From contig VAWL01000069.1 of NCBI GenBank assembly GCA_005883965.1, positions 1-49,297 of the forward strand: a stretch of 49,297 nucleotides of DNA, read 5' to 3'. Every line of letters begins with the position of its first letter. Within the stretch, counting starts at the first letter, position 1. This stretch comes from Actinomycetota bacterium. GTDB lineage: Bacteria > Actinomycetota > Thermoleophilia > Gaiellales > Gaiellaceae. The translations under genes and the position numbers were made by a program. The notes below the pieces were generated by a model. The model had not been told where the DNA came from, made no database searches, and saw only the letters and a program-made list of their open reading frames with translations. Below, piece after piece: positions 25,901-35,225 of this stretch.

Positions 25901-26269
25901 ATGTCGCACCTCGACGAGCTTGACGAGTTCGAGGCCGAGCTCGAGCTGACTCTCAAGAAGGAGTACTCCGCCGTCTTCGGCCTCTTCCGCTACTGCGTGC
26001 TCACGCAGGACGCGACCTACCTCTGCAACAAGCTCGACCTGCAGTACGTCCCGCAGCAGAGCTACCCGTTCTTCCAGTTGAAGATGGAGGACGTCTGGGT
26101 CTGGGACAAGAACCGCCCGACCCGGATCATCCCGCGGGCCGAGGTCTATACCTCCAGCGACGTGACCGTCGAGGAGCTGCGCGGCGACGGCGACGAGCCG
26201 ACGTTGACCGCCGAGGCGCTCGCCGAGCGCATCGGCGAGTCGCTGGGCTCCGACGACGAGCCGCTCTAA
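25901..26269 (+). CDS. DUF2469-family conserved actinobacterial protein
   Basis: The pattern EFEAELELTLKKEYSAVFGLFRYCVLT...YL.N...DVWVWDKNRPTRI...DVTVEEL matches my memory of the Rv2901c-like DUF2469 family. Confidence 0.65.
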   Translation: MSHLDELDEFEAELELTLKKEYSAVFGLFRYCVLTQDATYLCNKLDLQYVPQQSYPFFQLKMEDVWVWDKNRPTRIIPRAEVYTSSDVTVEELRGDGDEPTLTAEALAERIGESLGSDDEPL

Positions 26270-26303
26270 CCAGCTCCGCGTCGTCGGCGTCTCAGCTTGT
26301 GCG

Positions 26304-27938
26304 ATGAGGCGCAAAGGCTGGCTCGCCTTGGCCATGCTCGTAACCGGAGCCGGGCTCCTGGCCGCCGCGCACCTTGCGGGCGCCGCCGGCGCGAAGAGCG
26401 ACGAGATCATTCGGGTCGGCAACGCGGGCGCCTCGGTCCAGATCGACCCGCAGGTCGCCTACCTCACGACCGCCTGGTGGCTCGAAGACGCCACTGCCGC
26501 GAAGCTCTACGACCTCTCTGTGCCAGGCGCGCTCGTTCCCCAGGCGGCCTCCGGCTTCACCGTCGCGAACGGCGGACGCACGTACACATTTACTATCCGG
26601 AAGGGCTTCCGGTTCAGCGACGGGGCTTCCGTGACGGCGAAGAGCTTCGCCTACGCGATCGACCGCGTGGCCAACAAGGAGCTCGCGTCGCCTGGCGCGC
26701 AGTTCATCACCGATCCGAACGGCGTCGACATCGTCGGCGCGGCGCGGGTTAACGACGGCGAGGCGCAGCACGTCAGCGGCGTGGTGGCGAAGGGCCGCAA
26801 GCTCGTCATCCGCCTGGTCAAGCCCGACCCGAACTTCGTCGCGACGCTGTCGATGCCGTTCTTCCAGGCGACCTCGACCACGCTGCCGCTCACGCAGGAG
26901 GTGCTCGGCCCGTACCCCTCGGCCGGCCGCTACGCCTTCACGCACAACGACATAAATGTCCTCACCTCGATCCGACGCAATCCGTTCTGGACGAAGGGGC
27001 CGGGCCGGGCCGCGCCGCGCCGCCAGGAGGGCCTCGACCTTGTCTGGAACCAGAACCAGGACACCCTTGTCGCCCAGGTGCAGGCCGGGGAGTTCGACGA
27101 AGACGCAGATATTCCGGCGGCCCAGCGCCAGGCGCTTGCCGACCAGTACGGCGTCAACAAGAGCCGCTTCTGGGTCAAGGCGCAGCCGTGCATCGGCTTG
27201 CTCGTCTTCAACAACCGGAACCGTCTCTTCAAGCGCAACGTCCGGCTCCGGCAGGCGGTCAACTTCGCCGTCGACCGGACGGACTACGCCGCCGCGGGAG
27301 GCCCCTTCGCCGGCCGGTCCTGGAGCCACCTGCTACCCCCGGTCGTCCCGGGCTCGAGCAGCAAGCAGCCCTACCCGAGTCACTCGAACATCGTGAAGGC
27401 GAAGCGGCTCGCGCGCGGACATCTCCGCGGCGGCAAGATCACGGTCTACTACCGCTCGTCGGGGACGATCTCGCCCGCCGAGGCGGAGGTCGTTCGCGAC
27501 GACCTGATCCGGCTTGGCTTCAAGCCTGAGCACATCACGATGAAAGGCTTCACCGGCGGCAGCATCTACACGGCGATGGGCGCGCACGGTAGCGACGCGG
27601 ACATGGGTGTGTCGTGGGGGTTCTGCGGCGACTCCTTCGGCGCGAACGTGCTCGACTCCGCCGGGTTCGTCGGTGAGTTTCTCGATCCGACGAGCCCGCT
27701 GGCCGTGAACAACGCGCGCTACCGGAGCCGCTTTCTGGCCGCCAAGCGGCTGCGAGGCCGCGCACGCTCCCGGGCGGTCGGGAAGCTCGACGTCGACCTC
27801 ATGCGGGATCTCGCCCCGGCGGCCGCGATGCGCACCTACGACAGTCAGTTCCTGTTCTCAGCCCGGGTCGACCCGGGCAGCCTGCGCTACCAGCCCGCCT
27901 TCGGGAACTGGAGCATCGGCGCCCTCGTCCTCAAGTAG
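26304..27938 (+). CDS. ABC transporter substrate-binding protein, family 5 (peptide/nickel type)
   Basis: 544 aa. Signal peptide MRRKGWLALAMLVTGAGLLAAAHLAGAAG. General SBP_bac_5 layout (TFTIRKGFRFSDG, NPFW). No permease or ATPase genes are adjacent. Confidence 0.75.
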   Translation: MRRKGWLALAMLVTGAGLLAAAHLAGAAGAKSDEIIRVGNAGASVQIDPQVAYLTTAWWLEDATAAKLYDLSVPGALVPQAASGFTVANGGRTYTFTIRKGFRFSDGASVTAKSFAYAIDRVANKELASPGAQFITDPNGVDIVGAARVNDGEAQHVSGVVAKGRKLVIRLVKPDPNFVATLSMPFFQATSTTLPLTQEVLGPYPSAGRYAFTHNDINVLTSIRRNPFWTKGPGRAAPRRQEGLDLVWNQNQDTLVAQVQAGEFDEDADIPAAQRQALADQYGVNKSRFWVKAQPCIGLLVFNNRNRLFKRNVRLRQAVNFAVDRTDYAAAGGPFAGRSWSHLLPPVVPGSSSKQPYPSHSNIVKAKRLARGHLRGGKITVYYRSSGTISPAEAEVVRDDLIRLGFKPEHITMKGFTGGSIYTAMGAHGSDADMGVSWGFCGDSFGANVLDSAGFVGEFLDPTSPLAVNNARYRSRFLAAKRLRGRARSRAVGKLDVDLMRDLAPAAAMRTYDSQFLFSARVDPGSLRYQPAFGNWSIGALVLK

Positions 27939-27947
27939 GCTCGGTTC

Positions 27948-28706
27948 ATGGCGGGGCTCCTGGCGATCGACGTCGGGAACACGCAAACCGTGCTCGGGCT
28001 GTTCGACGGAGACGAGCTGCGCGAGCACTGGCGTGTGGCGACGGAGGCGGAGCGGACCGGCGACGAGCTGGGGCTGCTCCTGCGCGGGCTGGTCGACCTC
28101 TCGGCTGTCAAGGGGATCGCGATGTCGTGCACGGTGCCGCCGCTCGTTCGCGCTTACGAGGAGCTGGCGGGGCGGGCAGGGGTAGCGCTCCTCGTGCTCG
28201 GCCCGGGGACGCGGACGGGGATCCCGGTGCGCTACGAGGATCCGCGCGAGGTCGGGCCCGACCGGATCGCGAACGCGGTCGCGGCGCTTGAGCACCACGG
28301 CGCGCCCTCGATCGTGGTCGACTTCGGCACCTCGACCAACTTCGACGTGGTCTCGGCGGAGGGCGAGTACGTGGGCGGCGTGCTCGCGCCTGGGATCGAG
28401 GTCTCGATGGAGGCGCTCTCGGCCCGGGCGGCGCGACTGTTCTCGATCGACTTCGCCGAGCCGCCGACGGTGATCGCCAAGAACACGACCGCCGCGCTGC
28501 AATCGGGGCTTGTCTACGGCTTCGCGGGCCAGGTCGACGGGATCGTCGAGGCGATCCGCGGCGAGCTCGGCGCCGAGGCCCCGACAGTGGCGACGGGCGG
28601 CCTGGCGGGCCTGATCGTCCCGCACGCGCGCACACTGGAACGGGTCGACCCGTTCCTGACCCTCCAAGGCGTCCGCCTGGTCTGGGAACGCAACCGGGCG
28701 GCCTAG
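27948..28706 (+). CDS. coaX: type III pantothenate kinase
   Basis: LLAIDVGNTQTVLGLF, GPDRIANAVAA, IVVDFGTSTNFDVV. Canonical CoaX motifs. Confidence 0.92.
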   Translation: MAGLLAIDVGNTQTVLGLFDGDELREHWRVATEAERTGDELGLLLRGLVDLSAVKGIAMSCTVPPLVRAYEELAGRAGVALLVLGPGTRTGIPVRYEDPREVGPDRIANAVAALEHHGAPSIVVDFGTSTNFDVVSAEGEYVGGVLAPGIEVSMEALSARAARLFSIDFAEPPTVIAKNTTAALQSGLVYGFAGQVDGIVEAIRGELGAEAPTVATGGLAGLIVPHARTLERVDPFLTLQGVRLVWERNRAA

Positions 28707-29764
28707 CCGCCGCCGTAGATCGAGATCGGAAGGTCGAGGACGACGTCGTCCTCGCCGTCCGGCTGGTCGGCCTCGAGGCCCGCCAAGATCTCGGCGGCGC
28801 CCGGCGCCGCGGCCAGCAGCCTCGCCTCGACCTCGTCCAGCGTCTCGAGCTGCACCAGCTCCTGCTTGAACGGCCGCGGGAAGCGGCCGCGGCCGAGGTA
28901 CCAGCCGTAGAACTTCTTCAGGAACCCGGTCGAGCGGTGCTCGCCCAGCTCACGCACGGTCTCGCGCATGAACAGGATCAGCTCGGCGACGACCTCCTCG
29001 CGCGTCGGCGGCCCGGCGTCGCCTTCCACGATCTCCCGGAGTGCCCAGGGGTTGCCCTGCGCCGCGCGCCCGACCATCACCGCGGCCGCGCCCGTCGTCG
29101 CCAGGATCGCCTGCGCCCGCGCGCGCGATGTCACGTCGCCGGACGCGATCACCGGCACGTCGACCTGTTCCACCAGTTCCGCCGTCAACGAGTGGTCGGC
29201 CTCCCCCGTGTACATCTGCTTCGCCGAGCGCGGGTGCAACGTCAGCGACTCCGCGCCGGCATCGACCAGCCGCGGCCCGAGGTCCAGGCAGGACAGTGAG
29301 CCGTTCGCCAGCCCGCGCCGCATCTTCACCGTCACCGGAACGGAGACGGCGTCGGTGACGGCCGCTACCACTGCGCACGCCCGCTCGGGGTCTTCCAGCA
29401 GCGTCGCGCCCGCACCCGTCTTCGTCACCTTGCGCACCGGACAGCCGAAGTTGATGTCGACGAGATCGGCGCCGGCGTCCTCGACCATGCTGGCCGCCTC
29501 CGCCATCACGCCGGGCTCGGAGCCGAAGATCTGCACCGCCAGAGGGCGCTCGTCCGAGGCGATCCGCAAATAGCCCAACGTGCGCTCATTTCCGTGCTGC
29601 AACCCCGCGCAGCTGACCATCTCCGAGCAGACGAGCCCAGCGCCGAAGCGCCGTCCCTGGCGCCTGAAGGCCTGCACGCTGACGCCGGCCATCGGCGCGA
29701 GCACGAGCCGGGTCGGGATCTCGACGTCCCGAATCCACCAGGGGCTGAGCAGATCTACCTGCAT
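28703..29764 (-). CDS. dus: tRNA-dihydrouridine synthase
   Basis: LVLAPMAGVSVQAFR, DINFGCPVRKVTKTGAGATLL, and a TIM-barrel FMN-site pattern. Confidence 0.9.
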   Translation of the reverse strand: MQVDLLSPWWIRDVEIPTRLVLAPMAGVSVQAFRRQGRRFGAGLVCSEMVSCAGLQHGNERTLGYLRIASDERPLAVQIFGSEPGVMAEAASMVEDAGADLVDINFGCPVRKVTKTGAGATLLEDPERACAVVAAVTDAVSVPVTVKMRRGLANGSLSCLDLGPRLVDAGAESLTLHPRSAKQMYTGEADHSLTAELVEQVDVPVIASGDVTSRARAQAILATTGAAAVMVGRAAQGNPWALREIVEGDAGPPTREEVVAELILFMRETVRELGEHRSTGFLKKFYGWYLGRGRFPRPFKQELVQLETLDEVEARLLAAAPGAAEILAGLEADQPDGEDDVVLDLPISIYGGG

Positions 29765-29792
29765 TTAGCGGGAAATGGTAGCTGGGCAGGGG

Positions 29793-29822
29793 GTTGACGT
29801 CCGTCTACCCCCGCAGGTAACA
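29793..29822 (+). promoter_or_regulatory. sigma-70-like promoter candidate for greA (TTGACG-18 nt-TAACAT)
   Basis: -35 TTGACG at 29793-29798 and -10 TAACAT at 29817-29822, read directly. Located in the 111-bp divergent dus/greA intergenic region. Confidence 0.5.
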
Positions 29823-29829
29823 TCCCCGC

Positions 29830-29863
29830 CCGCGACGGCGCCCTGCGCCGCGCGTTTTTTCTT
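29830..29863 (+). terminator. intrinsic-terminator-like hairpin plus T-tract inside the greA 5' leader
   Basis: CGCGACGGCGC (29830-29840) pairs with GCGCCGCGCG (29844-29853): a 10-bp GC stem with one bulged A and a 3-nt loop. It is followed by TTTTTTCTTT (29854-29863), then SD AGGAGG and TTG at 29876. Confidence 0.55.
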
Positions 29864-29875
29864 TCAGGAGGCCCG

Positions 29876-30349
29876 TTGAAGGACGTCATCCTCACAGCTG
29901 AAGGCTACGAGAAGCTCAAGCAGGAGATCGAGTACCTCTCGAACGACAAGCGCCGCGAGGTCGCGGACCGCATCCGGGTCGCGCGCGAGTTCGGTGACAT
30001 CGCCGAGAACGCCGAGTACGACGACGCCAAGAACGAGCAGGCGTTGCTCGAGCACCGCATCGCGACCCTCGAGGAGCGGCTGCGCAGCGCGCGCGTGCTC
30101 AGCAAGAAGGACGTCGCCAAGGACGTCGTTTCAGTCGGGTCGAAGGTCCGCCTGCGCGACATCGACGCCAAGCAGACGGTCGAGTACCGCATCGTCGGCT
30201 CCGCCGAGGCGAACCCGGCCGAGAACAAGCTCTCGAACGAGTCGCCCGTCGGCAAGGCGATCATCGGCAAGAAGAAGGGCGAGACCGTCGAGGTCGCGGC
30301 CCCGCGCGGCTCGATGAAGTTCAAGATCCTCGAGATCAAGGCCGCCTAG
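29876..30349 (+). CDS. greA: transcription elongation factor GreA
   Basis: 157 aa, TTG start 6 nt after AGGAGG. Motifs seen: LTAEGYEKLKQEIEYL, AREFGDIAENAEYDDAK, SNESPVGKAIIGKKKGETVEV. Confidence 0.95.
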   Translation: MKDVILTAEGYEKLKQEIEYLSNDKRREVADRIRVAREFGDIAENAEYDDAKNEQALLEHRIATLEERLRSARVLSKKDVAKDVVSVGSKVRLRDIDAKQTVEYRIVGSAEANPAENKLSNESPVGKAIIGKKKGETVEVAAPRGSMKFKILEIKAA

Positions 30350-31233
30350 CCCTCGGGCTCGGCCAGCTTCGCCCGAACCCAGACCGCGCTCGCGACCGTG
30401 TACGCCATCGGGTGGCGGTCGAGCCACGCGTCCGCGAGCTTGACCGGCCAGAGCAGCCAGCCGGTGAGCGGGCGCAGCAGCCTGTAGGCGCGCTCGCTGC
30501 GGCCGGAGAAGAGCAGGGCGAGGAACTCTGCGCCGATCCAGGTCGCAGCCGACGCGGGCCCGACGGCGACGCCGCTCGCCTCCGCCTCGAAGCCGAGCCG
30601 CTCCAGCGCCTCGCGCAGGCCGGGTTCCGTGTACCGCCGGTAGTCGTGCGGCGAGGCGTGGAAGCCCTGGATGAACGGCACGTCGACGAAGAGCTTGCCA
30701 CTGCGCTTGAGGATGCGGCGCGCCTCCGTCAGCGTCAGGTCGGCGTCGCGCACGTGCTCGAGGACGGCCATCAGGATCGCCCCGTCGCAAGAGCCGTCCG
30801 CCACCGGCAGCCTCTCGGCCACCCCGACGAAATCGACGTTCGCGAACGGCCCGATGTCCATGTTCACGACATTCGGCCCGTAGTCGCTCTCGCCCGAACC
30901 GATATTCAGGACGACGCCGTCGATCGGCAGCGAGGCGACGAACCGCTCGACCTCCGTCCTGGCCTGCTGCGACTTGTAGACGAGCGTCGGGCGCAGGCGC
31001 GGGGCGACTCGGGCAGCGAGCGGCCGCAGCCGGCGGGGCAGCGCGTCGAGGAAGCCCGGGTACCACTCTCCGAGCTTCGGAGCCTCGGCGCCACCGGCGA
31101 GGAGGATCGGCGTGTCGCCCTCGCGGCTGTAGGACGCGCCGCAGCCGCGGCAGGTGATCGTCTCGGCGAAGTCGAGCTCTCCGAAGCAGGCAGGGCAGCG
31201 GGCGATGCGAGGGGCAAGCTCCTTCAAGGCCAC
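30346..31233 (-). CDS. class I SAM-dependent methyltransferase with N-terminal zinc-ribbon
   Basis: GTG at 31233 gives VALKELAPRIARCPACFGEL...CRGCG (a Trm112-like ribbon), then VLNIGSGES...DGSCDGAILMAVLEHV (Methyltransf_11-like). Confidence 0.7.
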   Translation of the reverse strand: MALKELAPRIARCPACFGELDFAETITCRGCGASYSREGDTPILLAGGAEAPKLGEWYPGFLDALPRRLRPLAARVAPRLRPTLVYKSQQARTEVERFVASLPIDGVVLNIGSGESDYGPNVVNMDIGPFANVDFVGVAERLPVADGSCDGAILMAVLEHVRDADLTLTEARRILKRSGKLFVDVPFIQGFHASPHDYRRYTEPGLREALERLGFEAEASGVAVGPASAATWIGAEFLALLFSGRSERAYRLLRPLTGWLLWPVKLADAWLDRHPMAYTVASAVWVRAKLAEPEG

Positions 31234-31275
31234 GCGATTGTAGGTGGGCCGCTGAGGGCCACTAGACTCGCGCGG

Positions 31276-32631
31276 ATGCTGCCGAAGCGGTTTCCCGACC
31301 GGGAGGCGATCGCGGCCGTGCGCGGCGCGGCGGAGCGGGCCGAGCCTGGACAGACGCTTGACGAGGAGCACCGGGTCGCCGGCCGCGTAATGGCGCGGCG
31401 CGAGATGGGCAAGCTCACCTTCCTCGACCTCGTAGACCGCTCCGGCCGGATCCAGCTGATCGCCCGCGAGAAGATCGACGTTGATCTCGGCGACATCGTC
31501 GGCGTGGCCGGGAAGCCGGGGCGGTCGAAGAGAGGCGAGCCGTCAATCGAGGCGACCGAGCTGCAGCTGCTCGCCAAGATCCGCCGGCCGCTGCCCGACA
31601 CCTTCCACGGGCTGACCGACGTCGAGACCCGCTATCGGCAGCGCTACCTCGACCTGCTGATGAACGTGGAGTCGCGCGAGCTCGCGGCGACGCGGACGAA
31701 GCTCGTCGCGGCTATCCGGGCCTACCTCGACGACGAAGGCTTCCTCGAGGTCGAGACGCCGATCCTCCAGCCGCGTTACGGCGGCGGCTTCGCGGAGCCG
31801 TTCGTGACGCATTCGAACGAGCTCGACGCCGATCTCTACCTGCGCATCGCGGACGAGCTCTACCTCAAGCGGCTGATTGTCGGCGGCCTCGAGAAGGTCT
31901 ACGAGCTGAGCAAGGATTTCCGCAACGAGAGCATCTCGTACAAGCACTCGCCGGAGTTCACGCAGGTCGAGTGGTACGAGGCCTACGCCGACTACCGGGA
32001 CACGATGGACCGGACCGAGGCGCTCGTCGCAGCTGCGGCCGAGGCGGCCGGCTCGACGCGCGTCACGTTCCGCGGGCACGAGGTCGACCTGGCGCCGCCG
32101 TGGCAGCGGGTGAAGTTCGTCGAGGCGCTGGAGGCGAAAGGCGTCTGGTCGCGCGACGAGGCCGAACTGCGGGCGAGGCTCGAAGAGGCGGGAGTGGACA
32201 CCGCGCGCGACGGCTCCTGGTCGCAGCTCGCCGACCACGCCTACTCGCACTTCGTCGAGCCGCAGCTCGTCCAGCCGACGATCGTCCACGACTGGCCGAT
32301 CGAGCTCTCGCCCTTCGCACGCACGACCGACGAGGACGAGACGCTCGTCGAGCGCTTCGAGTGCGTCGTCGGCGGCATGGAGTTCGCCAACGCCTTCAGC
32401 GAGCTGAACGACGCCGAGGAGCAGGCGCAGCGCTTCGCGATGCAGGAGGCCGAGCGGGCGGCCGGCGCGGAGGAGTCCGAGCCCGGCGACCCGGATTTCG
32501 TGGAGGCGCTCTCGTACGGCATGCCGCCGACCGGGGGCTGCGGCGTCGGGATCGACCGGCTGACGATGGTCCTGACCGGGAGCGACGCGATCCGCGACGT
32601 GATCCTTTTCCCGGCGCTCCGGTCTAAGTGA
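31276..32631 (+). CDS. lysS: lysine--tRNA ligase, class II
   Basis: ATG at 31276. OB-fold VAGRVMARREMGKLTFLDLVDRSGRIQL. Motif 2 FRNESISYKHSPEFTQVEWY. Motif 3 GGCGVGIDRLTMVLTG. Confidence 0.93.
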   Translation: MLPKRFPDREAIAAVRGAAERAEPGQTLDEEHRVAGRVMARREMGKLTFLDLVDRSGRIQLIAREKIDVDLGDIVGVAGKPGRSKRGEPSIEATELQLLAKIRRPLPDTFHGLTDVETRYRQRYLDLLMNVESRELAATRTKLVAAIRAYLDDEGFLEVETPILQPRYGGGFAEPFVTHSNELDADLYLRIADELYLKRLIVGGLEKVYELSKDFRNESISYKHSPEFTQVEWYEAYADYRDTMDRTEALVAAAAEAAGSTRVTFRGHEVDLAPPWQRVKFVEALEAKGVWSRDEAELRARLEEAGVDTARDGSWSQLADHAYSHFVEPQLVQPTIVHDWPIELSPFARTTDEDETLVERFECVVGGMEFANAFSELNDAEEQAQRFAMQEAERAAGAEESEPGDPDFVEALSYGMPPTGGCGVGIDRLTMVLTGSDAIRDVILFPALRSK

Positions 32632-33740
32632 CACCGGAGCGGCGGTACGCGCTCGACGCGCTGCTCGACGCGCTCGGGCTGCCGTTCGACGCGGAGGTGC
32701 GGGTGCGGGAGGCCGAGCTGGACGAGGTCTTCTCGCTGCTGACGCTCGCCGCCGAACGCGAGGCGGAGTTGGACGAGCACGGCCGACCGCTGCCGCCCGC
32801 CGATCTGGCCGGCCCGCGGGTCGCCGAGATCGCAGCCGGGCTCGGGCACGAGCGGCGCCCGTATCCGGGCGGCGAGCGGTTCCTGGTTGCGCTGACGCAC
32901 GACGTCGACCTGCTCGGCGCCGGTGGCCTCATGACCGCGGCCCGCCGGTTCGCGCGCGGTCGGCTCCGGGAGGGGACTGCGTTCGTCCTCGACGCGCTCG
33001 CGCGCCACGATCCCGCGTTCCCGCTCTCGCGGCTGGGCCCGCCCTCGACGTGCTTCTTTCTCGCACGCCAGGACGACCCGCGCGACGGCTACCCGGAGCG
33101 CTACCGGCCGGCGTTGCCCGCGGCGCTCGAGCGGGCGCGAGCCGACGGCCGCGAGCTCGGCCTCCATGCCTCCTACCGCGCGCGAGACGAGCCGCGCTCG
33201 ATCTCCGCGCAGGCCTCCGAGCTTCGGGCCGCTCTTCCAAGTAACAGCCTGCTACTAAGTGGCCTGAGGCACCACTACCTGCGGAGCGCGCCCGAGCGGC
33301 TGGCCGCCGAGCTCCGTGCAGCGGGACTGCGGTACGACTCGAGCATCGGCTGGCCCTCGCTGCCGGGCCTGCGCGCGGGGACGCCGTACCCGTACCGCCT
33401 CTGGGACCCGGAGCGGCGCGAGCCGGGGGCCTGGGAGGTGCCGCTCGTGCTGATGGACGCGACGCTCGCAGAGAAGCGCTACCTCGGGCTCGGCGCGGAC
33501 GAGGCGTTCGCGGTCGCGACCGAGGCGCTCGCGCCGGTCGCCGCGCATGGCGGCGCGGTCGCGATCCTCTGGCATCCGCCGTCGCACCACCGGCTGCTCT
33601 CGCGCGGCTACGACCGGCTCTACCGCCGCTTGCTGGCGTGGATCGAGGAGCAGGGCGGACGGACGGGCACGGCGACGGAGACACTCGACCGCTGGGAGGC
33701 GCGCCGCCCTAGTCGAATAGAAGCTGGACGAGCTCGCTGA
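32628..33740 (+). CDS. polysaccharide-deacetylase-like protein (CE4-superfamily-like)
   Basis: The GTG overlaps the lysS stop (GTGA). LVALTHDVD and later GLHASY, RHHYL resemble NodB-type or related deacetylase motifs. The assignment is tentative. Confidence 0.5.
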   Translation: MTPERRYALDALLDALGLPFDAEVRVREAELDEVFSLLTLAAEREAELDEHGRPLPPADLAGPRVAEIAAGLGHERRPYPGGERFLVALTHDVDLLGAGGLMTAARRFARGRLREGTAFVLDALARHDPAFPLSRLGPPSTCFFLARQDDPRDGYPERYRPALPAALERARADGRELGLHASYRARDEPRSISAQASELRAALPSNSLLLSGLRHHYLRSAPERLAAELRAAGLRYDSSIGWPSLPGLRAGTPYPYRLWDPERREPGAWEVPLVLMDATLAEKRYLGLGADEAFAVATEALAPVAAHGGAVAILWHPPSHHRLLSRGYDRLYRRLLAWIEEQGGRTGTATETLDRWEARRPSRIEAGRAR

Positions 33741-34269
33741 CGAGCGCTTCGAGCTCGTGGGCGGTCTTGCGCTGCGCCGGCATGGTCATCCCGAGCGGGT
33801 CGTCCACCTCGGGGAACGGCCGCGCGCGGTAGTCGGGCGCGCGCGCCTCGTGGGCTCGGCGGATGCGGAGCAGCGCCCGCTCGATCGGATCGGCCGGCTC
33901 GGGCCCGGTCGGCAGGCCCTCCAGGAGCTCGACCAGCTCGGGCAGCGTGAACGTGTGCTCGATCAGCGCCTCCGCGTCGACCACCGACGACATCACGTGC
34001 TTGCGCTCGAAGCCGAGCACGAGGTGGAAGCGCTCGAGGTCGATCTTGGTCACGCTGCGCGCGCGGTGGCCGGAGATGTCGAGGTCAAGCTCGCCGGCGA
34101 TCGCGACCGCTTCAGGCAGCGCGCGCTCACGGCCCAGGTCGAGTGTCCCGAGCGAGGCGATCCGAAGCGGGAGATCCCGCGTCTCGCGCGCGAGCAAAGC
34201 AGCGGCAATCGGGCTCCGGAAGCGGTTTCCCGTGCAGACGAAAGCGACGCGAAACTCCGTCACGCTCAC
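33709..34269 (-). CDS. low-molecular-weight protein-tyrosine phosphatase (Wzb-like)
   Basis: P-loop VAFVCTGNRFRSP (CX5R-S) and C-terminal DDP. The GTG at 34269 overlaps the GT2 stop (GTGA). The rest of the 331-aa track ORF is a spurious extension. Confidence 0.8.
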   Translation of the reverse strand: MSVTEFRVAFVCTGNRFRSPIAAALLARETRDLPLRIASLGTLDLGRERALPEAVAIAGELDLDISGHRARSVTKIDLERFHLVLGFERKHVMSSVVDAEALIEHTFTLPELVELLEGLPTGPEPADPIERALLRIRRAHEARAPDYRARPFPEVDDPLGMTMPAQRKTAHELEALVSELVQLLFD

Positions 34270-35225
34270 CGTGCGTGTCCTTCCCCGAACCCCACCGCGC
34301 GCTCGATCCTGAGCTGGCGCGCGCGGACGAGCGGGCCAGTGAGCCACGGCGCAGGGCGGAGCACGAGGGCCTTCCGGCGCAGAGCCGGCTCGGTTGGGCA
34401 GAGGTCGGCGGCGGCCCGATAGCTCGCAGCGGCTTCGCGGTAGCGGCCGGCCCGCAGGGCCGCGTCGCCTTGGCGTCCGAGCTCGGCGGGGCCGGGCCCG
34501 GCGAGCCGCCGCTTCAGGTACTGGCGCTCCTCCGGGACCAGGTCGTTCCGCGCGAGCGCCTTCCCCAGGAGCGTTCGGACGTGCTCGTCCATCCGCGCCG
34601 GGTCGGCGGCGAGGCTGTCGCCGCGCCAGCTGTAGAGCGCGAGCGGCCGCGGCTGTAGCGCCACGCGCCGGCCCGCGAGGATCGCCCGCAGCCAGAAGTC
34701 CCAATCCTCGGCGAGGGCAAGCTCCTCATCGAAGCCGCCGAGCTCCTCCCAGAGCGTCTTGGGGAAGAGGGACATCGTCGAGACGAAGTTCTGCTCGAGG
34801 ATCGCGAGGCGCTGGCGCTCCGGCCGCGGGAAGCCGCTCTTGTAGCGCACCCGCGAGGGGTGGATGCCGGCGTCGAAGAGCCAGTAGCAGTTCGAGGTCG
34901 CGATGCCACCGGCCCGGTCGTAGACCTCGACCAGCGCCTCGAGATGCAGGGGCAGAAGCACGTCGTCTGCGTCGCAGAAGGCGATCAGCTCGCCGCGCGC
35001 CTCGGCGATGCCCTGGTTCCGCGCGGCTGCGACGCCGCCGTTCTCGCGGCGCACCACGCGCACCGGCTCCGGGAAACCCGCAGCGAGCATTGCGGTCGAA
35101 TCTCGCGAGCCGTCGTCGACCACGACCACTTCGAGGTCGCGGTAGGTCTGCCAGAGCGCGGAGGAGATTGCTGCGCCCACCGTGCGCTCGGCGTCGAAGG
35201 CCGGGATGACGACGGAAACCCTCAC
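34266..35225 (-). CDS. glycosyltransferase family 2
   Basis: VSVVIPAFDAERTVGAAISSALWQTYRDLEVVVVDDGSRDST, then FCDADD. Canonical GT2 N-terminal domain. Confidence 0.88.
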   Translation of the reverse strand: MRVSVVIPAFDAERTVGAAISSALWQTYRDLEVVVVDDGSRDSTAMLAAGFPEPVRVVRRENGGVAAARNQGIAEARGELIAFCDADDVLLPLHLEALVEVYDRAGGIATSNCYWLFDAGIHPSRVRYKSGFPRPERQRLAILEQNFVSTMSLFPKTLWEELGGFDEELALAEDWDFWLRAILAGRRVALQPRPLALYSWRGDSLAADPARMDEHVRTLLGKALARNDLVPEERQYLKRRLAGPGPAELGRQGDAALRAGRYREAAASYRAAADLCPTEPALRRKALVLRPAPWLTGPLVRARQLRIERAVGFGEGHAR

